Shown in pieces: positions 11,488 to 24,313 of a stretch of DNA of 64,000 nt. A program made the translations under genes and the position numbers. The stretch spans positions 20,584,001-20,648,000 of the forward strand of contig NC_043006.1 in the NCBI RefSeq assembly GCF_006345805.1, written 5' to 3'. How positions within the stretch are numbered: position 1 is the first letter of the stretch; the number at the start of each line of letters is the position of its first letter. The stretch is from Octopus sinensis (Eukaryota). The notes below the pieces were generated by a model. It made no database searches. It saw only the letters and a list, made by a program, of their open reading frames with translations, and was not told the DNA's origin.

Positions 11488-13034
11488 GTGTCATATATAA
11501 TAGCTGTACGTGACATGCTAAGAGAGATAAGGAGGAAGGTTGCCGGTAAAAATAATGTGCCAAACCTAACTTATAAATTACTGATGTGTTGACAGTGTTT
11601 TGTTTCAAAGCTATACACTGTGTGTGTGTATGTGTGTATTTGTGTATGTGTGCGTGTGTGTGTGTGCGTGTGTGTGTGTGTGCGCGTGTGTATGTAATAA
11701 AAAATCGAAGTGATACATGAAAATAAAAAATAAACGGAATTAGACAATAAATATGGAACATCTCTCATCAGCCATGTCGACTAGAAACGGCATAACTTTA
11801 GTGCGCGTAAATTCCGAAGACTTCAATTCCGTGTTATGTATATGTGTGCGTGATGTATGCATATATTTGCTCTATTTAGACTAATTGGGGTTTAAAATAA
11901 AAGAGAATATATACAGCTACACTTACATACATACACATACAAAAACACTGACACAAACACGTATATATTTTACACAGATATGTGCACACTTGAACTTGCA
12001 AATAGTTTTTATATCTGTCTACAATCAAGAAGTGTACGAGAATGTTCCCATGATGCTGCTCGATCTATATATATTAATGAATTATCTTCATGTAAGCTAT
12101 CATATATGAGGGAGTCTCTGTGTATGGCGTGAGGTATCCTTCACCCGTGGGTGAAAAATTGTCTGCTGATGAAGTTTTAAAAATCTCAGATGGGAATCAA
12201 GACGAAAATGAACGATTTAAGCCGTGAGACTACAAACAATCGTTGGCGGAGTCGTTCCGGTGTAGGACAAATTGATTCGAAGTACTTATTCCAGCTCTTT
12301 AGTCTTTGAGTTCAAATCTCACTGAGGTTAAACTTTGCTTTTTATCCTTCCGGAGTTGACAAAATAAAATAACAACACAGGACAATGAATTGGCAGAAAT
12401 GTTAGAGCGTCTGAATAAGATACTTAACTTTTTGTTCTAACTTTTTGAGTTCTGAGGTTTTGGGTCTCGGCCTTAATCCATTGCCTAGTTTAACATTTTT
12501 ACCTGGTCCTTGGATGCTCTAAGTAGAGTCCAGTCGATTTCAAAAATTCCGACCAGGCCTCTCTGATTTAAGGATAACTACCTACCTTCCTCCTGTCAGC
12601 TCCAGGGACCCTAAAAAAAGTCAAGGGCACAGTCCCTTCATCTCTGATTAAAATAGTATTCGTTCCAGCTGTCAGTACTCTTATTTCAAATCCCGCAGAG
12701 GCCAGCTTTGGGGTAAATTTCTTCTTTGCGCTTCTCTCTTGGCTTTAGCTTTCCGAAAGGGCCAATAAAGGAACTTTCACATGGCGGTTTAACATCACAT
12801 TCTCACTGTATGATAATGTATCATCAACCACGGCATATTAAAACCCTTGCACAATGAGTATTGGCAACAAGTGTAACTTCTGAGAAACGGAACCGTTCTC
12901 TTCTTCAGAAAGTGAAAGACCATACACATCACTCTTGCTAGATGCTGTCTGGAGCAAGGCGTGATGGTCAGGTGGATATACGAAGATGCTATGTGTATTT
13001 CTTCACAATGGTGTCGGTAATTTGGGAAACTAAG

Positions 13035-13815
13035 GCGGTAATATTTTTTTTACAATAGCGGAGTTTGTGGGATTTGAGGGAGTAAATGCTCTTGACTGAT
13101 CTAAGCAAAAATTTAGCATTTTCTAGTAATAATATATAGCAAGAATTGAGGCCTCAGGCATTTTCAATTTCTACAATTTTTTTTTGTTTTCACTCCACCT
13201 TAACACATGGGTGTGTGCGGTTATATAGATTGTGTAATCTAGGGTGGATTGAAAATATTAAAAAAAAATTGTGGAAATTGAAAATGCCTGAGGCCTGAAA
13301 TCTTCTTTACTCTTTACTCTTTTACTTGTTTCAGTCATTTGACTGCGGCCATGCTGGAGCACCGCCTTTAGTCGATCAAATCGACCCCGGGACTTATTCT
13401 TTGTAAGCCCAGTACTTATTCTATCGGTCTCTTTTGCCGAACCGCTAAGTGACGGGGACGTAAACACACCAGCATCGGTTGTCAAGCAATGCTAGGGGGA
13501 CAAACACAGACACACAAACACACACACACACATAAATATATATATATATATATATACATATATACGACAGGCTTCTTTCAGTTTCCGTCTACCAAATCCA
13601 CTCACAAGGCATTGGTCGGCCCGGGGCTATAGCAGAAGACACTTGCCCAAGATGCCACGCAGTGGGACTGAACCCGCAACTATGTGGTTGGTTAGCAAGC
13701 TACTTACCACACAGCCACTCCTGCGTCTATATATTATTACTAGAAAAATGCTAGATTTTCGCTTAGATCAGTCGAGGGCATTTACTACATAAAACCCCAC
13801 AAACTCCGTTATTGT
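13035..13815. mobile_element. Foldback MITE (~145-bp arms) interrupted by SINE-C
   Basis: The left arm (~13035-13185) is the reverse complement of 13260-13305 joined to 13728-13815. A diverged third arm lies at ~13858-13975. Confidence 0.75.
13305..13727 (-). mobile_element. SINE family C (tRNA-derived), full length
   Basis: Sense head gcaggagtggctgtgtggtaagtagcttgc with B box ggttcagtccc, internal (TA)n/(TG)n, and an (AAAGAGT)n tail. Confidence 0.93.
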
Positions 13816-14579
13816 AAAATATTTACAAAAACCCCACATTTTCGGATTTTGGGGTGCTTGAGGGAGTAAATGTCGTAAATTGATCTCAGCGAAAATTTAG
13901 AATTTTTCTAGTAATTAAAGATAGCAACATTTTAGTCCTCAGGCATTTTTAATTTCTACATTTTTAAAAATTTTCACGCCACTTTAATAGATACTGTCTC
14001 AGCCCGTTCGAACAACCTTGATGTAACAGCTGAAGTGAGAAAGAGATGTACTTGCACTGAGCTAGTACTCGATTTCAGCTGAGTAGAAGGAGCAACACAA
14101 AATAAAATATCTTGCTCAGGAATGAAATCACGGCCGCATGATTGTGAGACCACCAACCTAATCATTAGAATAAAATCCTTCTTGAAACATCTACTGGGAG
14201 CTACTAAATGCTGGTTTTAAAATACAAATTTTGATAGTAGAGCATTCATTTATTTTCTAATCGACTTTTGTTTTATGATGGCTTAAATCCTTTCTTGTTA
14301 TTAAAGTTTCATCCGTTATGTTTTTGATCGCTGATGTTGCATGTTTTTTTCTTTTTCAGGTCCTGCATTATACCATAAACGAAAATTAATTAAATTAAAG
14401 TCGGAAAATTAAATCACTAGAATAAAATCAATGGCTTTATTCGATGATTCTGGTATGATTTCAAAATAGGTCAAAGCACAAATGAGAAAGAAAGTCAGAG
14501 AGACTGTATCAAGGAACCGCATAGCTACAACGATGCATAATGAACTGCATAGTACGTCCACATAAATACTTACTTCTAC

Positions 14580-15105
14580 CATACATACACACATACATAC
14601 ATACATACATACATACATACATACATACATGCATGCATGCATGCATGCATGCATACATACATGCATGCATGCATATATACATACATACATACATACATAC
14701 ATACATAGATGCATGCATGCATACATACATACATACATACATACATACATACATACACACATACATACATACATACATACATACATACATACTACATACA
14801 TACATACATACATGTATGCATGCATATATACATACATACATTCATACATACATACATACATACATACATGCATACATACATACAATCATACATACATACA
14901 ATCATACATAAATACATACATGCATACATACATGCATATATACATACATACATGCATGCATACATACCCACATACATGCATACATACATACATTTATACA
15001 TACATACATACAATCATACATACATACATACATGCATATATACATACATACATGCATACATACATACATACATACATACATACATACATACGTACATAGA
15101 TATAT
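14580..15105. repeat. Degenerate (CATA/CATG)n array, ~520 bp
   Basis: Visible tetranucleotide periodicity. It abuts the 3' end of the adjacent minus-strand RTE. Confidence 0.95.
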
Positions 15106-15109
15106 ACAC

Positions 15110-16375
15110 ACACAGTAGCTGCTTCCTCGTATACGAGTAAAACCATTGCTAGAAAGAATCATGGAAATGAGTCACTGATGATGCAATGTGAGGCCCTTGT
15201 ATGACCCTTGAGCCTGGCCAAAGATTTGTACATTCCATTGCATAATGGACAGGTGTGCTGGCCGACAGAGGAGAACAGGTGCCACAGTATGAATTCTTTT
15301 GACATGCCTTTTCAATCCTCCAACTGAAAGGCACACCTTTCCACAGGTTGCACATGTTCTGTTGTGAACAACAGTCTTATCACAATTTACAAAGGGCTGA
15401 TTTCTGTGAGTTCTCTGACGGCTGACCAGGCTTCCATGACTCAAGCATTTCCTCCCCACAAAACACACACACAAAATGCAACACTCCCCATGTTATGCGT
15501 AGTTTGGGTTCTAATGGGAAAGACAACCAAATGAAAACCATTGTTATTGTTTACATGTTTATTATCTTTACATGTTACACGGACGACGACATTCAGCGTA
15601 GTAATACATTATATACTTTACACACAGTTTGTACTGTTCACTAACAAATAGTGCCAAGAATGGGGAGTAGTTTGGCATACGCAAACACATACATATGAAT
15701 GTGTAACACCCCATTTTCCACAGGTTCATTTTTTTCAAAGCCTTCTCTTGATCTTCCCGTGCTTCCTTTTCTCTTTTCGAATTTCGAACCACTGTGCATT
15801 CTTTTCCTTCATCCATTTCGGTCTTGTGCCTTCCTATCCCAATTAACATCTGAAACCTGTCTGTATCAGAGCAATTCTGAGGCAGTCCTTGAACTTCATT
15901 TCCAGTTTTATGTGCTGGCTTCCTACCATCTTCCAAGCTCATCATACAAAAGTTGCTTAGTAAGTCTTTCATCAGTCATTCTCACCAGATGTCCACCCTA
16001 CCTCAAACTACTTTGCAGAATCATTGATTCTACACTCTTGCTACCACTTCTCTCGAGTGCCTGTACATCACTGATGGCTATTTTCCAATTTATCCCAAGT
16101 ATGTTTCTAAGACAATATTGATGATATCGTTCCAAATGCCTTAAATGCCTACGATAAACAACCCATGTCTCATTTCCATATTGCATCGATGACAGAACAC
16201 ACGTGCTATAAACGCTAACTTTAATTTGGAAAGATATACAATGGCGTGACCAGAGACTCTTGTCAAGCCTAACAACGGCATTTCTAGCCTTGCTGATTCT
16301 ATACGAAATTTCATCATCAAAGTACTTCCTAAATAAATGAATTTAGTTACAACTTCCAACCTTTGTCCATACACC
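15110..16375 (-). mobile_element. RTE-clade LINE ORF2 C-terminal half, decayed
   Basis: Encodes LEVVTKFIYLGS, QYGNETWVVYRRHLRHLERYHQYCLRNILGINW and C-terminal C2H2-like motifs (CATCGKVCLSVGGLKRHVKRIH). Interrupted at ~15490-15690 by a repeat also seen at ~6910-6975. Confidence 0.85.
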
Positions 16376-16418
16376 ATTATAATGTGTACATACATACATA
16401 CATACATACATACATACA

Positions 16419-16450
<32 letters not shown>

Positions 16451-16679
16451 CTAAAAAAATATGACAGTCGAATAAAGAAAAGTTGGACCTCAGAACTCTC
16501 TGCATTCAATAAAACAGTGGCCCACAATGCGTTTGCAGTGCCAGAACTCATACCAACATTTGGGCTGCTTGATTGGACGCTTGATGAGATCTGAAGCCAT
16601 TGATGTGAAAACCCGGAAAATATTAATAAGCACACATAATTGCCACATAAACAGTGACGTAGACCACCTCTACCTGAAG

Positions 16680-16803
16680 AAGAAAGGCTGAAGACGCTCG
16701 ACCTTTATTCTCTAGAAAAACGACGACGCCGGGGTGATCTCATTCTTGCTCACAACATCATAAGCGGAAAGTGTAACCTCTTGAAAGAGCTGTTCTTCAC
16801 TCC
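16680..16803 (+). mobile_element. CR1-clade LINE fragment
   Basis: Encodes EERLKTLDLYSLEKRRRRGDLILAHNIISGKCNL; same family as 62187-62542. Confidence 0.8.
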
Positions 16804-16875
16804 TATATATACAAAGGTTACCAGAGTTCAATCGATTGTTAAAACGTTGAGAATGATTCGCTCGCTCGATTGGTG

Positions 16876-16933
<58 letters not shown>

Positions 16934-18346
16934 CATATGCATGCGTATAGGTATGTACACTCAGTTGCTACATCTGGTGTAGAATTGTAGATATGCATTC
17001 CATCACATAGCTAAAGAAATCTCCATAAATAATCCTAGATGTCAAACTCACAATGAAGGCAAAATATACCCGAGAGGAAATTAATGAGCAGAAATTTAGA
17101 CAAAGGTAGCAAGAGAGAGAAAAGAGAGAGGGTGAAAAGAAGGTGTACACACACACACACGCACACACACACACACATATAGAAAGGAAAGGAGAAAGAC
17201 CGAGAGCAGGGGAAGGAGAAAGTGAATGAGAGAGATTGGTTACAAATATTTGAGCAATATTACCTTCATTGTTTCATTGTGAAGAAAAAATATGCACAAG
17301 AACGATCAGTTGCGTATGTAATGGAGGCGAATTTAGGTGTCGGCGAAGGATGGGGTAGGGTGGGGCAAATAACAAAAGACACGAAGAAAATGAACAAAAC
17401 TTGATGGCTCCACATTTCATTATCGTCAAACACTTTGAAGAACACAAATGGAAGGGCGGCAGTGAATGAAATGTCAAAAACTAATTTAAACGAAGAGAAC
17501 AAAACAACAAAAGCAGACGACAGTGACAAGTGAAATTATCTTAAAAGACAGAAAAATCATGGATATTTTAATAAAAATTCACTCATGCGAGTCAGCTAAA
17601 ATTTCGTTTGAAGTATCGGCCATTTAATGTAAATAACTACATAGAAAATAAAAAAGATGAATATCAAAACGAGGCAACTATGATTTATGATTATTATTAT
17701 TATTTTTTTTAAACAAAAGCAAGCGATAAATCTTTTGTTATTCGAATGACATTTTTCCTTTTGAAAATTTCTACTCGATCACTAGATACTATTAATACAA
17801 TCCAGATATCTAATTTCAACAATCGAGCGAACGAACCATTCTCAACGTTTTAACAATCGATTGAACTCCGGTAACCTTTTTTTTCTTCAGAATCTGCATC
17901 CATGACCCAGTTTTGATTCCTATGCGATGGAACCTATTTCACTTCGTTTACGTCGTTAATGCTTTTAGGAATAAAAATTATATTAAAATAATACACTCCT
18001 GCTTTTACCCCCCAACAAATCTTAAACCCATATGATTACCTGGAAAATTAAAAATTCTCATTAGTATTCTTGCCTTTGAACGATTTTAAAATCGTGTCAT
18101 TGAGTAAAACAAGGTGAAGAAGAAGATATGCTTTTACAGTATCGATTAAATAAAACGAACTCTATAAATCAAAATGGCAGCATCATACGTTATCATTGCA
18201 CTGATCTTTCGTTCCTGGCTATTTATATTTCTTTTGAGTATCGTTTTTACTTTAAAATGTATACCAATATCAGTCATAGTTACAAAATTTGTTTCTAGAA
18301 CGAGACTGCCGTCTCGGTTTCAATCTTTGTTTGAATATATATATAT

Positions 18347-18380
<34 letters not shown>

Positions 18381-18692
18381 CTTTATTTTAAGCAGCAGAA
18401 AATTCAACAAAATCTGTTACTCTGAGTTTCTCGTTGCCGTTCATCAGACAGTTTTTGCTAGAATGGAACCGATATATCAATTCAATCTAGACTCTTACAA
18501 ACGCTACACCTTTAAAAGGAAATGGACTTGTTTGATTGGCCCTAAAAACTGTCTGATGAACGGCAACGAGAAACTCAGAGTAACAGATTTTGTTGAATTT
18601 TCTGCTGCTTAAAATAAAGCATATTACTCTACCACTGGTATTTGAGTACTCTTTTTTCCACCTTGTTTCACATTTATGTGTTTACTCCGGTA
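18381..18692. mobile_element. Penelope-like non-autonomous insert in (TA)n with a 76-bp perfect inverted repeat
   Basis: Arms 18381-18456 and 18544-18619 are identical. Contains ctgatga...gaaactc (hammerhead-like). (TA)n on both sides. Confidence 0.6.
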
Positions 18693-19016
18693 TATATATA
18701 TATTCAACAACAATTGAGGAACGGCCACAATAGGGAATATCTGACCTAAAATATATATATATAGTTTTTGCAGTTAATGAATGCTTTTTATCCAAGAACA
18801 TTAGATATTATCCTCTTTCTTCGTGCCTAAAGAAGAGTAAATCACAGACTGTAGTAATAATGATTTCTTTACTAACCACGAAGGCTTACATTAAGAAAAA
18901 CATTATGGACAGCACATGACAAAACAAAGAATATGTGTGTGTGTGTGTATGTGTGTGAGTGTGTGTTGTGAGGGTTTCGCCTGTAAACAAGACTAACAAA
19001 ATAAAATTTTAAAAAT

Positions 19017-19230
19017 CCTTTCTACTATAGGCACAAGGCCTGAAATTTGCGGGGGAGGGGGGCAGTCGATTAGGTCGATCCCAATACGCAACTGGTACTT
19101 AATTTATGACCCCGTAAGGATGAAAGGGAAAGTCGACCTCGACGGAATTTGAACTCAGAACGTAAAGACGGACGAAATGCCGCTAAGCATTTTTCCCGAC
19201 GAGCTAACGATTCTACCAGCTCGCCGCCTT
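19017..19230 (-). mobile_element. SINE-B variant with an alternative 3' tail
   Basis: Same head and core as SINE-B, but the tail is ...aatttcaggccttgtgcctatagtagaaagg. Confidence 0.8.
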
Positions 19231-19340
19231 AGTAATAATGATAATAATAATAACAATACTTTATTCGTCGCAACGACCGAACACAAAACATAATGGACAA
19301 TACACAGACGAGGAACAGTGAGGTTTTATGTGTAAACAGC

Positions 19341-19722
19341 GTGGAGGCGCAATGGCCCAGTGGTTAGGGCAGCGGGCTCGCGGTCGTAGGATCGCGGTTT
19401 CGATTCCCAGACCGGGCGTTGTGAGTGTTTATTGAGCGAAACCACCTAAAGCTCCACGAGGCTCCGACAGGGATGGTGGTGATCCCTGCTGTACTCTTTC
19501 ACCACAACTTTCTCTCACTCTTACTTCCTGTTTCTGTTGTACCTGTATTTCAAAGGGCCGGCCTTGTCACTCTCTGTGTCACGCTGAATATCCCCGAGAA
19601 CTACGTTAAGGGTACACGTGTCTGTGGAGTGCTCAGCCACTTACACGTTAATTTCACGAGCAGGCTGTTCCGTTGATCGGATCAATCGGAACCCTCGTCG
19701 TCGTAACCGACGGAGTGCTTCC
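19341..19722 (+). mobile_element. SINE family A, full length
   Basis: A and B boxes present. 13-bp TSD atgtgtaaacagc at 19328-19340 and 19723-19735. Confidence 0.95.
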
Positions 19723-20229
19723 ATGTGTAAACAGCAAAGCAACAATTAACCAGGAAAATTACCCATCAATATATAATTCCCAAATAAGGAGAGATATACC
19801 GAGAAGTGACCAAAGCAACCTTACCCAGTTTGGGCCCCTAACACTAAGGCATCTCAGGTAGGCTTCTCTCTCCATCCGGCCTACAGGCACATACTTAGGT
19901 TAGGCTCATTCACACGGGCCAACCTTGCTACATTCACCCACCTTTCGACAAACTTACCGGGTGACAGCGACTCCCTCTCTAGTCTCACTTTTCAGGTGGA
20001 ACCTGAAAAAGTCAATGAAGCCTTGGCCAAAGAGGAAGGTACCTATCTTCAACCCTTTCAATCGCATCCACCATACAACCTCTTTCGTCATAGTCACCAG
20101 AGAGAAAAACTGCCTTTCCTTCTCGGTCAAATTTGCGCGCCCCACGCAATTTCCAAACCTAACCCATCCGACCCATTTTAAAGAGGAAACGAAACAGTTA
20201 TTTAGTCAGAAAATATTCATAAAATTTAT

Positions 20230-22860
20230 TTATTCAGAAAGTAGGCATTGACTATTTTAAAGGAGTGCACTTCTAGCTTTCTTCGACGCAAAGTTGTCCA
20301 TGATACAATCGAAACTGGTGTTCTCCATTTCTCGCTCGATGGTAAGCAATGCGAGGTCACGGAGTCTTCCTTGTGTCATAGAAGCTCGCAGGAAGGACAT
20401 GATCAGGTTCAGCTTGCTGAAAGATCTCTCACAACCATCAATGGAAACAGCAACTGTCAACAGAATCTGTATCGCGACGCGAATGTTAGGGAACACACTT
20501 TCATCTCCATATTGGACGATAAATTGGAGAAGCTCCTCAGGATTTGATATTTGGAGGTGTTCGCGACCTGCAAGTAGCATTCTGCAATCGAGGATTTCTT
20601 CGAAAAGTTCGGTTGCATCGATATCGTTGCTGTAGACGTTTCCAAATGTATTGCATTACGCAGAAACTGGACATCGAAAACGAAGCCAAATTTGGTGTCA
20701 AGATCGTGTAGCCGGGAAAACCTCGCCCCAGTCATTGTTCTTCGCATGTTATTTTTTGCTGTCAGCTTAGCATTGATGGAAACATCGTGAATGACACGTT
20801 GAGATCTTCGACATGGCTTGACGTCAACTTGCCACCTTCTGCAAATGCTCAGTCCTTCTTCGAGTGAATCAGCCACTAAATCTTCTCTTGAAGCAATAAC
20901 ATAGTCGCAGAGACCTTTCAAGTCGAAAGATGCATCATGGAAATTCATTGTCGGATCCTGAAGCCTCTTTTGAACACGATCGATCCGTATGAGGACGCTA
21001 TTCCAGAAACCAAGCAATGCGAATAATTCATGATGGAGTATACGGTTAAACAGCAAGTTAGCGTCGTACCGTGTCTCAGTTGTCGCGCTTTCATCATCGA
21101 CGTTGTCTTGAAGAACTTGTAGAATTTCATCGAGGTAGTTTCTTACGTTTTTAACTGCATCCAACCGGGCATTCCATCTCGTTTCAGATTGCGACTTAAG
21201 AACCACAAGCATTATGGCCTTCAATTTTTCCCAGCGGTGTGTTGAACGAAAAAAGAATACTTAGAGTGTTTTGATTGCGCCAAAAAAAAAAACAAAAAAA
21301 ACAGACACCACCAACTCGTGTTTAGCTGCGGGTAGGCCGATTAAGTTTAACGAATGGTTGTCACAATTTACGAATAGGGCCAATTTGTTCTTTTCGTTGA
21401 TTCTCTACTGGACCCTGCTTCTGTACCCAGTCATCACAGCTGCATTATCATAGCACTAGGATCTACACTCTTCCAATGACATGTCGTCATCGGCCAACTA
21501 CTTCAAAATTACATCAACTAAACTCTCTGCATCCTTTTCGCCCGCCTGAATGAACCCGAGGAGGTTTCTTTCACCCGAACGCGCTTTCTTTTGAAGTCAA
21601 CTTCAACATACCTTACTACCAGCGGAATCTGATCACTATGACTCTATCAGGGGTTGTGTCGAACATGAGACCATAATACTTGGCTCTGCGAATGCTCTTT
21701 AGCAGATTATGACGAACGGCTGATGCCATGAGGTAAATAAATTCATTCTGAACATCGGGTGAAAAGTAAGATGTCGATCCAGGGTGACTCTCTACATAGC
21801 GAAGGTGTTCTTTCATGACGGGATCAAAGTGGCCAAAAGCTTGAGCAAACCAAGAAAATTACCAACATTTGAGTCTTCAGTCCACAGAAGGGATTCCCTA
21901 TGACCTCGCAAAGCCAAATTCTGAGTTGCAAGAAATTTCATGCAATGTAGAATTCTTGTCAAAACATCACGTCATCTTTGCTTTTCATGGTCGATTTGTG
22001 ACTTAAGAGCAGCGTCTATGAAACACTTGTTAGTAAGATTTCTTTCCATTTCTTTCCATTATGTGAAACTATCTCGATGATTCTTAGCGTTTTCATGAAC
22101 CAACATTCGTTCAGGCGCTTTCCACTGGTAAAATCCGCTTTCCTGCTCTAATGACGATTGATAATATGATCGGAAAAAAAGTAGACAACACAAACAGAGT
22201 GCAGACTTCTTATGAAGGGAATAGAGTAGCCATGAGTGAACAATCTCCTCACCTCGACCGTTTCTCAATTTTCTTTCGAACCAGTTTTTATTCATTGATC
22301 AGTTATTTGTTGGCAAGAAAGGTCTTTCCCAATTCTGAAAATATTTCCAGCCTAGATTAACTATTTCTATCCACCTATATTCAGGAACTATCGCCTTCCC
22401 GGTATTCGTGTCAAAATTAAGGAGCCCAATGTCATGCTGTTCGATCACATCTTCAAGTGCAGTGTTAGCGTTTTCGACCATATTGATTTCAGATTTGCTT
22501 TCACCGTTGTCAGACTTAAGACAATTGTCTTCTGCATCGGTTTGAGGTGGACTGTTACACGAAGCAGTATTGGACAATAAAATGCGCGGTTGAACTCCAG
22601 GCGACCTCTTGGTAGGTGTTGAAGAACTTTCGGCATGTTTTACAAAGCGGGACATGAAAACTTTGCTCAACTTCTTAGATCCTTCTGCCTCCAACTCGCG
22701 TCTTTTTCGCCCTTCTGCTCCAATTTCTTTCATAGTTAATGGTCTTTTCATGTTTTTATAACGATTTTCTAAAAGCAAGAAACCATTTCTTGAAAAAATC
22801 ATGAAAAATTCGAACATAGCACAGTGGTAGATTTGCCCGTTAAACAAGTCAAAATTATCG
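20230..22860 (-). pseudogene. hAT transposase remnant (TTF-type Zn finger, DUF4371-like region, hAT dimerisation domain), fragmented
   Basis: Collinear frameshifted pieces: WLLYSLHKKSALCLCCLLF; YFSPDVQNEFI...YYGLMFDTTPD; SETRWNARLDAVK; FPNIRVAIQILLTVAVSIDGCERSFSKL. TIRs not identified. Confidence 0.85.
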
Positions 22861-23032
22861 AGTTAATCTAAAAAAGTTTTGATTTTTTTTTGGTGGATAT
22901 TGGAGCAACGTGTATCAATGATTATAGTGATAGATGTACGGCAGGGTATGACTCATTAGCGGAGTTATATGAAGCTTCCAACGCGTTGGCTCAATGCGTT
23001 GCAGCACAAGAGCCAGTAATATGACCGAGCCA

Positions 23033-24042
23033 TTAATCCTTTGGGCAATAGATTCTGATGTGACCTGAATCGCCACAGAAGTAATATCGCGGCCTTCTTT
23101 CTTCCACAACCACCAGCAGATGCTGACCTCCAGGGATTTCTATTAGGTCAATAATTTTCTCTACAGTTTCTGGTTTTACTTGCAGTAGAATTTCCAACCC
23201 TGTCCCAACCCAGTTCTCATTTTTGGATTTTTGGATTTCTAGGAAGCTTTTAGGATCTTCTAGCACCATGGCTTTCACTACCCAGCAGAAATCGATTTCT
23301 GGTGGCAGGTTACTTATTTTTATTCGGATCACTCTCCGTCTCAGATAGATGGGAATTAAAGTGAACTCCTCTGTTTTTAATGGGACTGTTGAGTGTTTTT
23401 GTGCTAGTGATTCCGACTGGAATATGACCTTGATGTAGGTGAACTTTGGGGCGTGACAGACAAAGCTGACATCTTCCCAAATATTTTTCAGGCAGAGCTC
23501 AGCTTGGCCTGGTGGTACTTTTTCCAGTCTTTTTTTCATAGACTGACATCTGTACATGTTTGTCTTTTTCTTTTCGGATGCAGGTTCTGAAGGATATTTG
23601 GTGTGGCATTTCTTTCTTCACGTCTTATAATCCGCTCAGTTTACTTTAAATGTTCATCCGGATCCTTTAACGACATAATTTCAAACTTATTTGTAACTTT
23701 TGCGAAGGAAACGTTATTTCTATTTGACCATTCTCTTTCTTTGTTCGAAATTATACTGATTTGTGTGGTGATCGTAGTGGTGATATTTTTCTTCTACAAT
23801 TGGTTGCTGTTAGTTATATTTCGTGCTTCCCTGATCGAATTCTTATTACTCCTGATACTTCCACTGTGGATGTTCTTGTTGCTCTCATTGCTGTTGCTAT
23901 TCACCCTGCTACTACTATTATCATTTATATCTAGAGTGAGTATGGGCGAGTGACGGCGAAAGACAATTTCGCGTTCTACATCTCCACCCATCTTCCCTCT
24001 CTTGTTGATTCACAGGCAAAGACGACGACGACGACGACGCCA
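23033..24042 (-). pseudogene. Tx1/L1-type ORF1 remnant, distant relative of the ORFs at 33935-35145 and 40348-41521
   Basis: FTLIPIYLRRRVIRIKISNLPPEI aligns with ILFLPSYKGEKLTRLWVCGLPPDI. Degenerate knuckle RPRYYFCGDSGHIRIYC. The N-terminal part is frameshifted. Confidence 0.65.
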
Positions 24043-24313
24043 TATTAAATTTTGCAAATTTTGAAAGGAAAATTAATTTTCTTTTCGAGTTAATTTTTTG
24101 ACCCGCAGGGCAAAAAAAGAAAAAAAGAAAAAAAGAAGAAAATATTACACTCTTAATCAGACCAATATAGTCTAAATTAACTTAGTCACAAGTTATCACA
24201 ATAAAATGTAACAATCATAATCTTTTTAGAGGTAAACAAAGCACATACTTACGGAGCTCTGGCGACAACAACAACAACCTCAACAATAATAATAATAATA
24301 ATAATAATAGTAA

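Noticed and set aside
10633-11761. Long ORFs (195-319 aa) of poly-S/L/P/E/K/R
   Set aside because: They arise from the stop-free (CCT/CTT)n tract in all frames, with no complex coding flanks.
14341-14460. Strong splice-acceptor-like site ttttttctttttcag at 14359
   Set aside because: No supported downstream coding exon or donor; such motifs are common in AT-rich DNA.
14409-15140. MYVC/HTYI-repeat ORFs here and at many other sites
   Set aside because: Translations of (CATA)n, (TA)n and (CA)n microsatellites.
19341-19415. tRNA gene calls for SINE heads with A and B boxes
   Set aside because: Each continues into a 200-350-nt repeat body with a TSD, so these are SINEs, not tRNA genes.
20230-22860. 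Domesticated host genes (ZMYM1-, ZBED- or SCAND3-like) for the hAT-derived ORFs, also at 51900-53060 and 56444-56900
   Set aside because: Multiple stops and frameshifts or truncation, consistent with decayed transposons.
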